A stretch of 64,000 nt of DNA from the NCBI GenBank assembly GCA_020852275.1, contig JADZBE010000017.1, positions 64,551 to 128,550 on the forward strand. Reading direction: 5' to 3'. The notes under the pieces are model-generated. The model saw nothing but the letters and a program-made list of their open reading frames with translations. It had not been told where the DNA came from and did not search any database. Shown here piece after piece: positions 38,984-47,705 of this stretch (position 1 is its first letter; each line of letters begins with the position of its first letter). The position numbers and the translations under genes were made by a program. The DNA comes from Phycisphaerales bacterium. Lineage in GTDB: Bacteria > Planctomycetota > Phycisphaerae > UBA1845.

Positions 38984-39145
38984 CAGCCCGTGGTGAAAGG
39001 CGACGCGCGTCATTCCCGCAAAGGCGGGAATCCAGCCGGCAGCTTACGAGGAACGAGAAACGACCAGTTTTCCAAGGCGGACTGGACCCCCGCCTGCGCG
39101 GGGGTGACAGATCCCACGACGGGTTTCGAGTTTCACCACGGGCTG
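38984..39145. mobile_element. MITE-like element, full-length 162-bp copy
   Basis: CAGCCCGTGGTGAAAGGCGACGCGCGTCATTCCCGCAAAGGCGGGAATCC...GGACCCCCGCCTGCGCGGGGGTGAC...GAGTTTCACCACGGGCTG. CAGG is present on both flanks. Confidence 0.8.
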
Positions 39146-39208
39146 CCAGGCGACATTCCCACGCCATGGGGGGTGCACTGTGCCATTCCACTTGGATCGA
39201 CGCGATGA

Positions 39209-40843
39209 TCACTTGGGAGCGGTCGGTGCGGCCGGCGCGGGCGGCGCGGGCGGCGGGTTCTTGGCCGACGCCTGCCACTGGTGTTCCGGGCGCGCGAGGA
39301 TTTCCTCGATCACGGTCATGACGGCCTTGCCCTGCGCCTCCTTGCCTTCCTTCATCGCGTGTTCTGCAATCTCCTTCGCCTGCGGGATTACCGCCTGATA
39401 GAATCGCTCGGCCACCTCATACATGCCGTGCCAGTGCGTGTAATCCGGCGCCATCATGGACGCGCCGTGCCGCGCGCGCCGGCCCTCATGGTGCCACAGA
39501 TAATACCATGACCACTCGATCTCCTCGTCAAACTCAAACTTGGTGATCAGCCCCTGCTCCCGCAACGCATTGATGATCTTCAGCCCCGACTTGGCAAACT
39601 TCTCATTGAAAAGCACGACCAAATCGTCGTATTGCTTGTAGAAGCCGTTCACATAGTCCGGCGTGTGGCAATGCAGGCAGACCTCTTTCATTCGATCCCG
39701 CTTCTGCATGGCCGTATCAGTCACCAGCGCGGCGCGCTTCTGCGGATCCGTCTCCTTGACCACCGCGTGCTTCTCATCCGTGTCCATGGCCAGGCTGACC
39801 GGCGGGCGGTTGGTCCAGGAGATGCGCTGCCCCGGGTCGTGCGTCACCGGCGCTCCGCGGCTGTGCGCGGACATGTGACACGTCGCGCAGGTCGGGGCGG
39901 CCGCATAGTCCTTGCCGAGGACCCAGTCCTTCGAGTCGAGGTTCATGTCGTCCTTCAGGTCGCGGTAGGCCACGCCGTGCTTGGATTCCTCATAGATTTC
40001 CTTTTGAGGATGGTCCGGTCCAAGGTGGCACTTGCCGCAGTTTTCCGGTTGTCGGGCGCGCCGCGGAGAAAAGTCGTGACGGCTGTGACACGCGGAGCAC
40101 GAACCGAGCGAACCGTCGAGATTGATGCGACCGATGCCCGTATTCGGCCACGTGCCGGGGTGATATTTGGGCTTGCCTTCATCGTCGCGGACGATTTTCG
40201 CCAGCATTTCCGTGTTCGTCGGCTTTCCATCCGGGCCGGGTTTCAGGTCGTCGGCCGTGACCTTGCTTCCGTCCGCGGTCTGCAATCCCACCTTGCTGCC
40301 GTGGCATTGCTGACAACCCAGAAAAGCGCTGGCAAATCCATTGGCGTCGATAATGTCCGGCCGACCCGGCGTGGGGGAATGCGGATTGAAGAATCCGCGA
40401 TTGCCTTCGACCGTCTCCGCCAGAAAGTTGTCGAGCGAGGCGAGGATGTTCCCGGCTTTGGCGTGATGGCTATGTTCGAACTCGTCGGCTTCGTGCGGGT
40501 GGCAGCGCGCGCAGTCGCGCGGCGTGACCACGGTGGCGATGTGCTGCCCGTAGTGCTCGAAGCCGTCCACGTCGCCCGGGTCCGCCTGATGACACTCGAC
40601 GCAGGCGACGCCCTTTTCCGCGTGCGTGCTGCCCTTCCAGTGGGACACGAGGCCCGGCGTCTGCTGATCATGGCAGGTAATGCAGTCGTGGCTGGTCTGC
40701 GGAGCCATGGTCAGCAGCGTGGACATCGGCATCTGGGTTCGCGCCATGTGCTTGCGCGACTCCATCTCCGCCACCATGATCAGTGCAATGCACAGACCAA
40801 TGCCAAGCACGAATACGATGATTTTCTTGGTGTTAAGCGACAC
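39209..40843 (-). CDS. membrane-anchored octahaem c-type cytochrome, hydroxylamine-oxidoreductase (HAO/HDH) family-like
   Basis: N-terminal TM helix (KKIIVFVLGIGLCIALIMV). Eight CxxCH motifs: CITCH, CVECH, CARCH, CQQCH, CSACH, CGKCH, CATCH, CLHCH. It also has CSACHSRHDF, CGKCHLGPDHPQ and C-terminal WHHEGRRARHGASMMAPDY segments that I recall as HAO-family-like. The family assignment is from memory and was not searched. Confidence 0.75.
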   Translation of the reverse strand: MSLNTKKIIVFVLGIGLCIALIMVAEMESRKHMARTQMPMSTLLTMAPQTSHDCITCHDQQTPGLVSHWKGSTHAEKGVACVECHQADPGDVDGFEHYGQHIATVVTPRDCARCHPHEADEFEHSHHAKAGNILASLDNFLAETVEGNRGFFNPHSPTPGRPDIIDANGFASAFLGCQQCHGSKVGLQTADGSKVTADDLKPGPDGKPTNTEMLAKIVRDDEGKPKYHPGTWPNTGIGRINLDGSLGSCSACHSRHDFSPRRARQPENCGKCHLGPDHPQKEIYEESKHGVAYRDLKDDMNLDSKDWVLGKDYAAAPTCATCHMSAHSRGAPVTHDPGQRISWTNRPPVSLAMDTDEKHAVVKETDPQKRAALVTDTAMQKRDRMKEVCLHCHTPDYVNGFYKQYDDLVVLFNEKFAKSGLKIINALREQGLITKFEFDEEIEWSWYYLWHHEGRRARHGASMMAPDYTHWHGMYEVAERFYQAVIPQAKEIAEHAMKEGKEAQGKAVMTVIEEILARPEHQWQASAKNPPPAPPAPAAPTAPK

Positions 40844-40855
40844 CGGATGGACTCC

Positions 40856-42325
40856 TTAGACCATGGCTTCCCAGACCGTCAACGTCAGGAACCCCAGAAA
40901 TGCGACAATGCCGATATACACGCCAAGATCCTTCTTGGGCGCGAGTCTCTCCAGAAATGTGTCCACAAAGGGCCACAGAATCAGCAGGGCGAACATGGCG
41001 CCCGTCAGCAGCACGGCCGTATTGAGGCCCATGAGTTTGAGAAGCCGGAACTGGAAGAAGAAATACCACTCGGGCTTGATGTGCTCGGGTGTGACCAGCG
41101 GATTGGCCTTCTCGCCCAGCTCCGCCGGAAAAACCAGCGTCAGCAACGTGAGCAGGAAGAGCAGCAAGGTCCCGATCATGACCTCCGTCAAAATATGATC
41201 CGGGAAGAAATTGAACGGCTTGTCTTCTCCCGTGCCTTCCTCGAAGCGCCGGTTGCGCGCCATTCCATACACCACGGTCACGGCCAGCACGACCGAAGCG
41301 ATCGCCCAGCCCATCGTGTTGGGCGCTTCCTGATTGACCAAATCAAAGACCAGTTTGCCGAGCGCCAGCAGCGCGAGAAGCAACCAGATCATCAGACCGT
41401 ACATATGACCCCGGAAGAGCAGGACGGACGCCGTCGCGGCCACCGTGCCCGCCACCATCCAGAATATCCGGCTGCTTTCCAGGCTGAGCTGATGCGCGAT
41501 GACGTTGACCGCGACGGGGTTCCACGCGGCCATGCCCGCGCAGCCCAGCGCGATGATCGCCGCGAGCAGCGCAACCAGCTTGACGCCGGGGAGCCGGCGC
41601 GCGGGCTTGCGCTGCGCGTCCCCGGGGCGCGGCGCCTGAACGAACGAAAGCTCGGACACGCCGTGCAGCCTCAGCATTGTGACGTGCAATCCGATCAGCA
41701 CCACCACCGCGACCGGCAGAATGCCCACGTGCAGGTTGAACATGCGCGTCAGCGTGTTGGGACTGACCTCCTCGCCGCCGCGCATGAAGTTGGCAATCAC
41801 GCCGCCCACGAGTGGAATGGCCGACGTCAGCTCCGTCGCCACCGTGATGCCCCAATAACTGAGCTGCTCGAACACCAGCGAATAACCGGTGAATCCCAAT
41901 GTCACGGTTGAAAGAAGCAGTCCGCAGCCGATCACCCAGTTCAACTGGCGCGGATGTCGAAAGGCGCAGGAAAAATACACACGGCACATGTGCAGCAGCA
42001 CCGTGATGATCATCAGGTTGGCCGCCCACTTGTGGATGCTGCGGATGAACCAGCCGTAGGGAATCTGCTCTGAGATGTTGCGAACGCTCTCGAAGGCGTG
42101 GTCGGGCGAGGGCACATAATAGAACGTCAGCATGATGCCGGTGGTCAGTTGGATGAGGAACAGGTAAGCGGGCGTGCCGCCCAGCGCGAACCACCAGCGC
42201 TTGATGTGCCCCGGCACCGGCTCGTTGGTGACGTCCTGCACGCGACCCCAGTCCAGCGGCAGCATCTGGTAGAGCCGCCGCCCGCTGCGAACCGGTCCGT
42301 GCCCCTGGGTCAGTTCAGGCGTCAT
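40856..42325 (-). CDS. fused cytochrome b (b6 + subunit IV-like + extra helices), dihaem
   Basis: From MTPELTQGHG.... Helix B carries SIHKWAANLMIITVLLHM (H-x13-H) and helix D carries LHVGILPVAVVVLIGLH (H-x14-H). A PEWYF motif appears in the C-terminal half. Its ATG overlaps the Rieske stop (ATGA). Confidence 0.85.
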   Translation of the reverse strand: MTPELTQGHGPVRSGRRLYQMLPLDWGRVQDVTNEPVPGHIKRWWFALGGTPAYLFLIQLTTGIMLTFYYVPSPDHAFESVRNISEQIPYGWFIRSIHKWAANLMIITVLLHMCRVYFSCAFRHPRQLNWVIGCGLLLSTVTLGFTGYSLVFEQLSYWGITVATELTSAIPLVGGVIANFMRGGEEVSPNTLTRMFNLHVGILPVAVVVLIGLHVTMLRLHGVSELSFVQAPRPGDAQRKPARRLPGVKLVALLAAIIALGCAGMAAWNPVAVNVIAHQLSLESSRIFWMVAGTVAATASVLLFRGHMYGLMIWLLLALLALGKLVFDLVNQEAPNTMGWAIASVVLAVTVVYGMARNRRFEEGTGEDKPFNFFPDHILTEVMIGTLLLFLLTLLTLVFPAELGEKANPLVTPEHIKPEWYFFFQFRLLKLMGLNTAVLLTGAMFALLILWPFVDTFLERLAPKKDLGVYIGIVAFLGFLTLTVWEAMV

Positions 42326-42819
42326 ATCTCGCTCCCCACCGTGACCTCGACGAACACCCAACCGCGCTTTGCATCGACGGTCAGAGCATACTCGCGCAAG
42401 TTCTTCCCCTCCGCGGCCGGCGGACCGGAAAGCGCCACGCCGTTCTTATCGAAGATGCCGTTATGGCACGGGCAGACGAACTGTTGCGATCCCGATTCCC
42501 AGTGCACGTTGCAACCCAGGTGCGGACAGCGGCTCGAAAGGGCCTTGAAACCCGCCGCGGGATTCTCCGCAGACTCGGACGTGCGGGCAATGGCGATGGT
42601 GTGTCCCTGCGGGTCGTGGACCGTCAGGCTTCGCCCCACGGGAATATCGTTCAACGTCCCAACGAACAGGCCGGTCTTGCGCGTGCGCTTCAGTGGAACG
42701 AGGTACTCAAAGAACCTGTACAGTCCATGACCATAGCCGGCTATGAGTCCGCCGACCATCGCCACGGTTGTGATGAACCCGCGGCGCCCGGCGGCGTGCG
42801 GTGCCCCGTCTTTTTCCAT
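42322..42819 (-). CDS. Rieske [2Fe-2S] protein
   Basis: From MEKDGAPHAAGRRGFITTVAMVGG (Tat-like RR plus a TM helix). Cluster ligands are CPHLGC...CPCHNGIF. A GGGGAG RBS is present. Confidence 0.85.
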   Translation of the reverse strand: MEKDGAPHAAGRRGFITTVAMVGGLIAGYGHGLYRFFEYLVPLKRTRKTGLFVGTLNDIPVGRSLTVHDPQGHTIAIARTSESAENPAAGFKALSSRCPHLGCNVHWESGSQQFVCPCHNGIFDKNGVALSGPPAAEGKNLREYALTVDAKRGWVFVEVTVGSEI

Positions 42820-42940
42820 GCGGAAACTCCCCTGCAACTTGTGCACCCGCGCGGAGGCCCGGAAGGGGCTCAACCTGCCGTGCGATCGTGAACTCGAAAG
42901 GCGGCCTGACCCGCGACGCCGCGCTCCGGAGTCTTCCGGA

Positions 42941-43588
42941 CTATTTTGACAGTTGTTCGGTTTGAAGCAAGATGGCGGTGGCTTTTTGCAGCGCGTGCTG
43001 GACCCCGCGCGCCGCGCCTTCCGGAACGCGCAGGTAGAGAGACGCCTCGGGCCCGTCGCGCCGCATGCGCGAGACCACGGCGCTGATGATGGGGTGCTCA
43101 CCCTCCGCCAGCGCGCGGAACACGCGGGCGATGTCCTTGCAACCGTGCGGCAGCGCGACTTCCAGCCGGCGCCCCGGTTCCTCCAGCCCGAGGATTTGGT
43201 GGAGCGCCCTCAGCAAATCGAGCGTCGTCAGAATCCCGACCAGTTCCGCGGAAGTGGCGCCCGCCGCGCCATGGCGCATCACCGGAAGCGCCCCGAATCG
43301 CCCGCTCGATAGAACCGAGAGCGCGTCCTCCAGCGTCGCCTCCGCGTCGATCGTCACCGGATCGGGCGTCATGGCCTCGCTCACCGTGAGTTTCTCGCCC
43401 AGCGTGCGATCGAAGCCGATCGCCGACCGCACATCCCGATCGCTGATCATTCCCGTCAGGCGGTTCGCCTCGTCGAGAACGGGCAGGTGATGAATGCGGT
43501 GTCGCGCCATCAGATCGGCGGCCAGCGCCAGCGCCGCATCCTGGCGGATCGTGTAGGGCGAGGACGTCATGAGATCTTCGACAAACAC
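42941..43588 (-). CDS. CBS-pair domain protein with a C-terminal ACT-like domain
   Basis: ...VEDLMTSSPYTIRQD...HRIHHLPVLDE.NRLTGMISDRDV...VSEAMTPDPVTIDAE...ALPVM.... Confidence 0.8.
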   Translation of the reverse strand: MFVEDLMTSSPYTIRQDAALALAADLMARHRIHHLPVLDEANRLTGMISDRDVRSAIGFDRTLGEKLTVSEAMTPDPVTIDAEATLEDALSVLSSGRFGALPVMRHGAAGATSAELVGILTTLDLLRALHQILGLEEPGRRLEVALPHGCKDIARVFRALAEGEHPIISAVVSRMRRDGPEASLYLRVPEGAARGVQHALQKATAILLQTEQLSK

Positions 43589-43598
43589 GACACACCTC

Positions 43599-44015
43599 TC
43601 AATCCGGCTCCTGCGGCGTCACGCCCAGGCGGCGCGCTAAATCGACAAGCTGAAACGGCTTCTCCAGGAGCGACTCGCGCCGACGCGAGGGTCGCGACCG
43701 CGTCTGGTCCGTCACCAGGCGCACGATGCGCACCCCGCTGTCCTGCCTCTCAAGAGCGCTCTCCAGCCGATCCAGACCTTCCGCAGGCCAGGCGTCCGTG
43801 ACCACCGCCGCGTCCACATGGGCGCCGCGGGCCACTTCGCACGCTTCCGGAAGGGTCTGAACGATGACCACTTCAAACCACCGCTGCAGATAGCAGGCCA
43901 GCGACCAACGCAGCAGCGGTTCAGGCTCGGCCAGCATGAGCCGTGCGCGCGGGCGCGCCGCAGGTTCGCCGGTCGGTGCATCTGGCGCTTTCCGGGATGT
44001 GGATCGCTGACTCAC
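43599..44015 (-). CDS. small receiver-like protein (atypical acidic pocket), GTG start
   Basis: ...RLMLAEPEPLLRWSL...VDAAVVTD...VRIVRLVTD...LEKPFQLVDLARRLG. It has a receiver-like layout, but the usual N-terminal DD is replaced by EPEP. A GGAG RBS precedes the GTG at 44013-15. Confidence 0.55.
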   Translation of the reverse strand: MSQRSTSRKAPDAPTGEPAARPRARLMLAEPEPLLRWSLACYLQRWFEVVIVQTLPEACEVARGAHVDAAVVTDAWPAEGLDRLESALERQDSGVRIVRLVTDQTRSRPSRRRESLLEKPFQLVDLARRLGVTPQEPD

Positions 44016-44049
44016 AAGCTCGCTCCGGCCGTTCCCTCGGCAAGCCGCG

Positions 44050-44064
44050 TGCCGCTCCCCGGGG
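44050..44064 (-). promoter_or_regulatory. candidate sigma54 promoter CGGCACGCGGCTTGC (minus strand)
   Basis: GGCACG-N4-TTGC with correct spacing, 35-50 nt upstream of the first gene of the receiver/CBS/Rieske/cyt b/octahaem operon. Confidence 0.55.
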
Positions 44065-44466
44065 CCACTAATGCGGCGGTAGAAGGCTCGCTGTTACTGC
44101 CCGCCAGTCCACGGACAACAGGATGCCTGCCCCAACCCTCAACCTTCGGTAAAAAGACATACAAGTCGCTTATTTGTGAATGGCTTTCCGGCACCCGACG
44201 GGGGCCCCCGGCGGGGCCAGCCACCGTTGAGTCAACGCCGCTCGCCGCTGGGCGGGACCTCGCAAAGGGTGTGTCTAATGACCCACTCATCCCCTTAACG
44301 TGCCTTCGATTGCCCTGACGATTCTCAAGACAAGCTCGTCAAGGCGAGCGCTTTAGCGGCGCCTGAACCGTCAGAAACTCAGCTTGAACTTCATAACATA
44401 TTGCATAAAAAAAGGTTACAGAACAGGAACATGTTCACATAGGCGTAAAGTCCGACGCATTTCCGC

Positions 44467-44482
44467 TGGCACAACCCTTGCT
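44467..44482 (+). promoter_or_regulatory. candidate sigma54 promoter TGGCACAACCCTTGCT
   Basis: Exact TGGCAC-N5-TTGCT match in the 726-bp divergent intergenic region, upstream of the globin-coupled kinase and NtrC-like genes. Confidence 0.6.
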
Positions 44483-44741
44483 CTAGCGCCAGCGCTCGAT
44501 GCGACCGCGAGGCTGTTCGCACGCGCAGGCGTGCATTATGGGTTCTCCGGCGCAGGCGACTTTCCCAATGACCAGAAGAACCACTACCAAGGGTAGTTTC
44601 AGGATCGACCCGGACGCCGGCGTCGAGCATGATGTCGGCCGTCAAGGGAGGTCTACCCAAGACCTGTCCGCGCACGATTCTCGAAAACGGGAACATGCCA
44701 AATTCACTGTTCGCACCTACAATGCGGACGTGGATACAGCG

Positions 44742-45914
44742 ATGCTTGACGAGATGAAGCGGTACGTCGGGTTCACTCCCAGCGACGAGGAGAACCTACG
44801 CTCCCTTCAACCCCATGTTCGACCGCTGGTTTCGGCGGTGGTGGACCGGTTCTACGACGAGTTGTTTCGCCATCAGGCCACCCGGGAAGTTTTTTCCGGC
44901 GGTCATGAGCAGGTGGCGCGGTTGCGGGCCACGCTGAAAGAATGGCTGGGAGAGCTGTTCGACGGGGTCTATGACGAATCGTACCTGCGGAAGCGTTTCC
45001 GAATCGGCGTCATGCACGTGCGGGTTCAGCTTCCTCAGCGCTTCATGTTCCTCGGGATGGAGCTGGTCCGGCAGGAACTGACTCAGCACTTGCGCAAGAA
45101 GGATCTGCCGCGGATAGAGGAGCTGCTGGAGTCGGTGCACCGCATCCTGACGCTCGACTTGGCCATCATGTTGGAAAGCTACAAGGAGAGCTACTCCGAC
45201 CAGATCCGCCGGCTGGAGCGCAGCTCGATGGAAGACCGCCTCACCCGCGCGGAGCGCCTGGCGGAAATCGGGCAACTTGCCGCGTCGCTGGCGCACGAGA
45301 TCAAGAACCCGCTGGCGGGCATCAGCGGAGCAATCCAGGTCATCGGCGAGCACATGAGCGCCGGCAACCCCCACCGGCCCATCGTGGGGGAGATTCTGCG
45401 GCAGATCAACCGGCTCGACGCCACCGTGAAAGACCTGTTGCTTTACGCCCGACCTCGCCCGCCCAAACTGGTGAACGTCTCGCTGGGCGGGATCGTCGAA
45501 CGCGTGCTGACGCTCCTCAAAGAAGAGCCGGCCATGAACGGTCGCCGCGTCGAATACGCCCGACCCAAGACGGAGGTTCAAGTGCTGGGGGACGACGGGC
45601 AACTCGAGCAGGTGCTTCTCAATCTCATGCTCAACGCGGCGGATGCTTCGCCGCCGGGGCGGGCCATTCACGTCGCCATCGAGGCGGACACGCGCTGGTC
45701 GCGGCTGACTGTTGTGGATCAGGGCAAGGGCATGTCGCCGGAGATTCTCGCCAAGGCCAACGAGCCCTTCTTCACAACGAAAGCCAAGGGAACAGGGCTG
45801 GGGCTGCCGATCTGCCAGCGGATCGTCCAAAGCCACGGCGGGATGTTGCACCTTGAAAGCGCCGCGGGACGAGGAACCAAGGTGACGCTGGAGCTTCCGG
45901 CTGGCGAGGAGTGA
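44742..45914 (+). CDS. globin-coupled sensor histidine kinase (protoglobin-type sensor + HisKA + HATPase_c)
   Basis: From MLDEMKRYVGFTPSDEENLRSL...VDRFYDELF...RKRFRIGVMHVRVQLPQRFMFLGMELV (globin-coupled-sensor layout with a candidate proximal His). The H-box is LAASLAHEIKNPLAGI, followed by NLMLNA, DQGKGM and GTGLGL. The upstream 81 codons of the track ORF have weaker third-position GC. Confidence 0.78.
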   Translation: MLDEMKRYVGFTPSDEENLRSLQPHVRPLVSAVVDRFYDELFRHQATREVFSGGHEQVARLRATLKEWLGELFDGVYDESYLRKRFRIGVMHVRVQLPQRFMFLGMELVRQELTQHLRKKDLPRIEELLESVHRILTLDLAIMLESYKESYSDQIRRLERSSMEDRLTRAERLAEIGQLAASLAHEIKNPLAGISGAIQVIGEHMSAGNPHRPIVGEILRQINRLDATVKDLLLYARPRPPKLVNVSLGGIVERVLTLLKEEPAMNGRRVEYARPKTEVQVLGDDGQLEQVLLNLMLNAADASPPGRAIHVAIEADTRWSRLTVVDQGKGMSPEILAKANEPFFTTKAKGTGLGLPICQRIVQSHGGMLHLESAAGRGTKVTLELPAGEE

Positions 45915-45936
45915 GGCGGTGGGGAAACGAGCGTGG

Positions 45937-46093
45937 GGTTCAGGAATTGAGGTTCAGGGTTCAGGGTTCAGGCAAGGACCTACAACCATCCATACCCGAT
46001 CACCCGAGTACCCGAGCACCCGAGTACCCGAGTTCCCGCACGACGCACGATGCACGACGCACGACGCACGACGCACGACGCACGAAACACGAC
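45937..46093. repeat. three adjacent short tandem arrays: GGTTCAG x3-4, ACCCGAG(T/C) x4, GCACGAC x8
   Basis: Direct reading: 45937-45971, 46002-46036 and 46038-46093, all between the kinase stop and the NtrC-like start. Confidence 0.9.
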
Positions 46094-46116
46094 ACGCCTA
46101 ACCCAGATTCGCGAGA

Positions 46117-47484
46117 TTGACTATGACGGTCCGCATCTTGATTATCGAAGATGAGCAACTGATCCGCTGGTCCCTGCGCCAGAAGTTCGAGGCGCTGGGC
46201 TTTCACGTCACCGAGGCCGACTGCGGCGCCAAGGCGCTCGAGGCGCTGGAGAGCGGGATCTTCGATCTGATCATGCTCGACTACCGCCTGCCGGACATGA
46301 CCGGGCTGGACATCCTCTCGCACATCCGCGAGCGCGACCACGACGTGGTCGTCATCATGATGACGGCCTTCTCCACCATCGAAAGCGCCGTGGACGCCAT
46401 GAAGATGGGCGCGTACGACTACATCACCAAGCCCTTCGACATGGACCAGCTCCTGCGCAACGTCAACAAGGCGCTGGAGACGACCAAGCTGCGCCGCGAG
46501 GTCCGCCAGTACCGCGAGCACATGGAGAACGAGTACGGCATCTCCCGCATCGTCGGACAGGACGTCTGCATGTTGGAGCTGTTCGACATCATCCAGCGCG
46601 TGGCCGGCAGCGGCGCGTCCACCGTCTTCCTCCGCGGCGAGTCGGGCACGGGCAAGGATCTCGTCGCGCGGGTGATTCACTACAACTCGGACCGCGCGCC
46701 GCGCCCGTTCATGAACATCACCTGCACCGCGCTGTCCGAGAGCCTGCTGGAAAGCGAGTTGTTCGGGCACGAGCGCGGCGCGTTCACCGACGCCAAGTCG
46801 CTGAAGAAAGGGCTGTTCGAGTTGTCCGACGGCGGCACGATCTTCCTCGACGAGGTGGGCGACATGCCCGCGGGTCTGCAGGCCAAGCTGCTTCGCTTTC
46901 TCGAGGAGCGCACCTTCCGCCGCGTGGGCGGCACGACGGAGATATCCGTGGACGTCCGCGTGATCGCCGCCACCAACCGCGACATCGAAAAGGCCATCGA
47001 CCTGGGCCAGTTCCGCAGCGACCTGCTCTACCGGCTTAACGTCATCTCGATCCTGCTGCCTCCCCTGCGCGACCGTGGCAGCGACATCCGCCTGCTGGCG
47101 CAGCACCTCGTCGCGCGGTTTGCCAAGGAGTTCCGCAAGCCCGTGGGCGGCATCGACGAATCCGCCTATCAAAAGCTGGGGTCTTACGCCTGGCCTGGCA
47201 ACGTGCGCGAGCTGCGCAACGTGCTGGAGCGCGCCGTGCTCCTGAGCCGGGGCGAGACGCTCACCGCCGACGACGTCTTCCTCGGCGCGACCCGCGCGGC
47301 CGCGACGAACTCGCGCACCGGCTTCGTCCTCCCCGCCGAAGGGCTGGACCTCAAGGAGCTGGAGGGCGACCTGATCCGCCAGGCCATGGATCGCACCAGC
47401 AGCAACCAGACCCAGGCCGCCCGTCTCCTCGGTCTCCGCCGCGACGCGTTCCGTTACCGGCTGGAAAAACTGGGGATGCTGTAG
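46117..47484 (+). CDS. sigma54-dependent response regulator (NtrC/AtoC family: receiver + AAA+ + Fis-type HTH)
   Basis: [16 protein letters not shown]...[14 protein letters not shown]; Walker A GESGTGKD; GAFTDA (GAFTGA variant); C-terminal ...[26 protein letters not shown]. Confidence 0.92.
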   Translation: MTMTVRILIIEDEQLIRWSLRQKFEALGFHVTEADCGAKALEALESGIFDLIMLDYRLPDMTGLDILSHIRERDHDVVVIMMTAFSTIESAVDAMKMGAYDYITKPFDMDQLLRNVNKALETTKLRREVRQYREHMENEYGISRIVGQDVCMLELFDIIQRVAGSGASTVFLRGESGTGKDLVARVIHYNSDRAPRPFMNITCTALSESLLESELFGHERGAFTDAKSLKKGLFELSDGGTIFLDEVGDMPAGLQAKLLRFLEERTFRRVGGTTEISVDVRVIAATNRDIEKAIDLGQFRSDLLYRLNVISILLPPLRDRGSDIRLLAQHLVARFAKEFRKPVGGIDESAYQKLGSYAWPGNVRELRNVLERAVLLSRGETLTADDVFLGATRAAATNSRTGFVLPAEGLDLKELEGDLIRQAMDRTSSNQTQAARLLGLRRDAFRYRLEKLGML

Positions 47485-47705
47485 CGATTCTAAGCGCCGG
47501 GTCATTCGATCGGCCGCGAACGAACCCCGCAGCATGGGCGACTCCCTGCCTTTCGCTGATCGTGGCACGCGGAGGATGTCGTGTGCGGGGGGGCATGGAG
47601 CGTTGCGTGCAGCGGATGCGATGCTGCCGCGCCCCGCCCCATGCCGTCCCAGGTTGCGTTATTGACACTCCGACAGGCACGTTGAACACGTTCCGCCAAA
47701 GGAGG

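Noticed and set aside
42833-42848. Sigma54-like GGGTGCACAAGTTGCA just upstream of the Rieske gene
   Set aside because: The GG-N10-GC spacing fits, but the implied transcription start would fall ~4 nt before the ATG and downstream of the GGGGAG ribosome-binding site. The -24 box is also poor. The Rieske gene is more likely transcribed from the promoter at 44050-64.
44499-44741. 81-codon upstream extension of the globin-coupled kinase ORF
   Set aside because: Third-codon-position G/C is visibly lower than in the downstream coding part. The globin-sensor homology begins at MLDEMKRYVGF. I treat this stretch as a 5' leader, though an earlier start cannot be excluded.
46000-47568. 522-aa minus-strand ORF covering the NtrC-like gene. 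Similar long antisense ORFs are 3049..4593(+), 12582..14276(+), 28724..30079(+), 30666..32735(+), 39632..41911(+), 55463..57796(-), 19123..19941(-), 33121..34290(-) and 15262..16962(+).
   Set aside because: Each lies exactly opposite a gene with unmistakable conserved motifs. Their translations are Arg/Ala/Gly/Pro/His-rich with no recognisable motifs. This is typical of stop-poor shadow frames in high-GC DNA.
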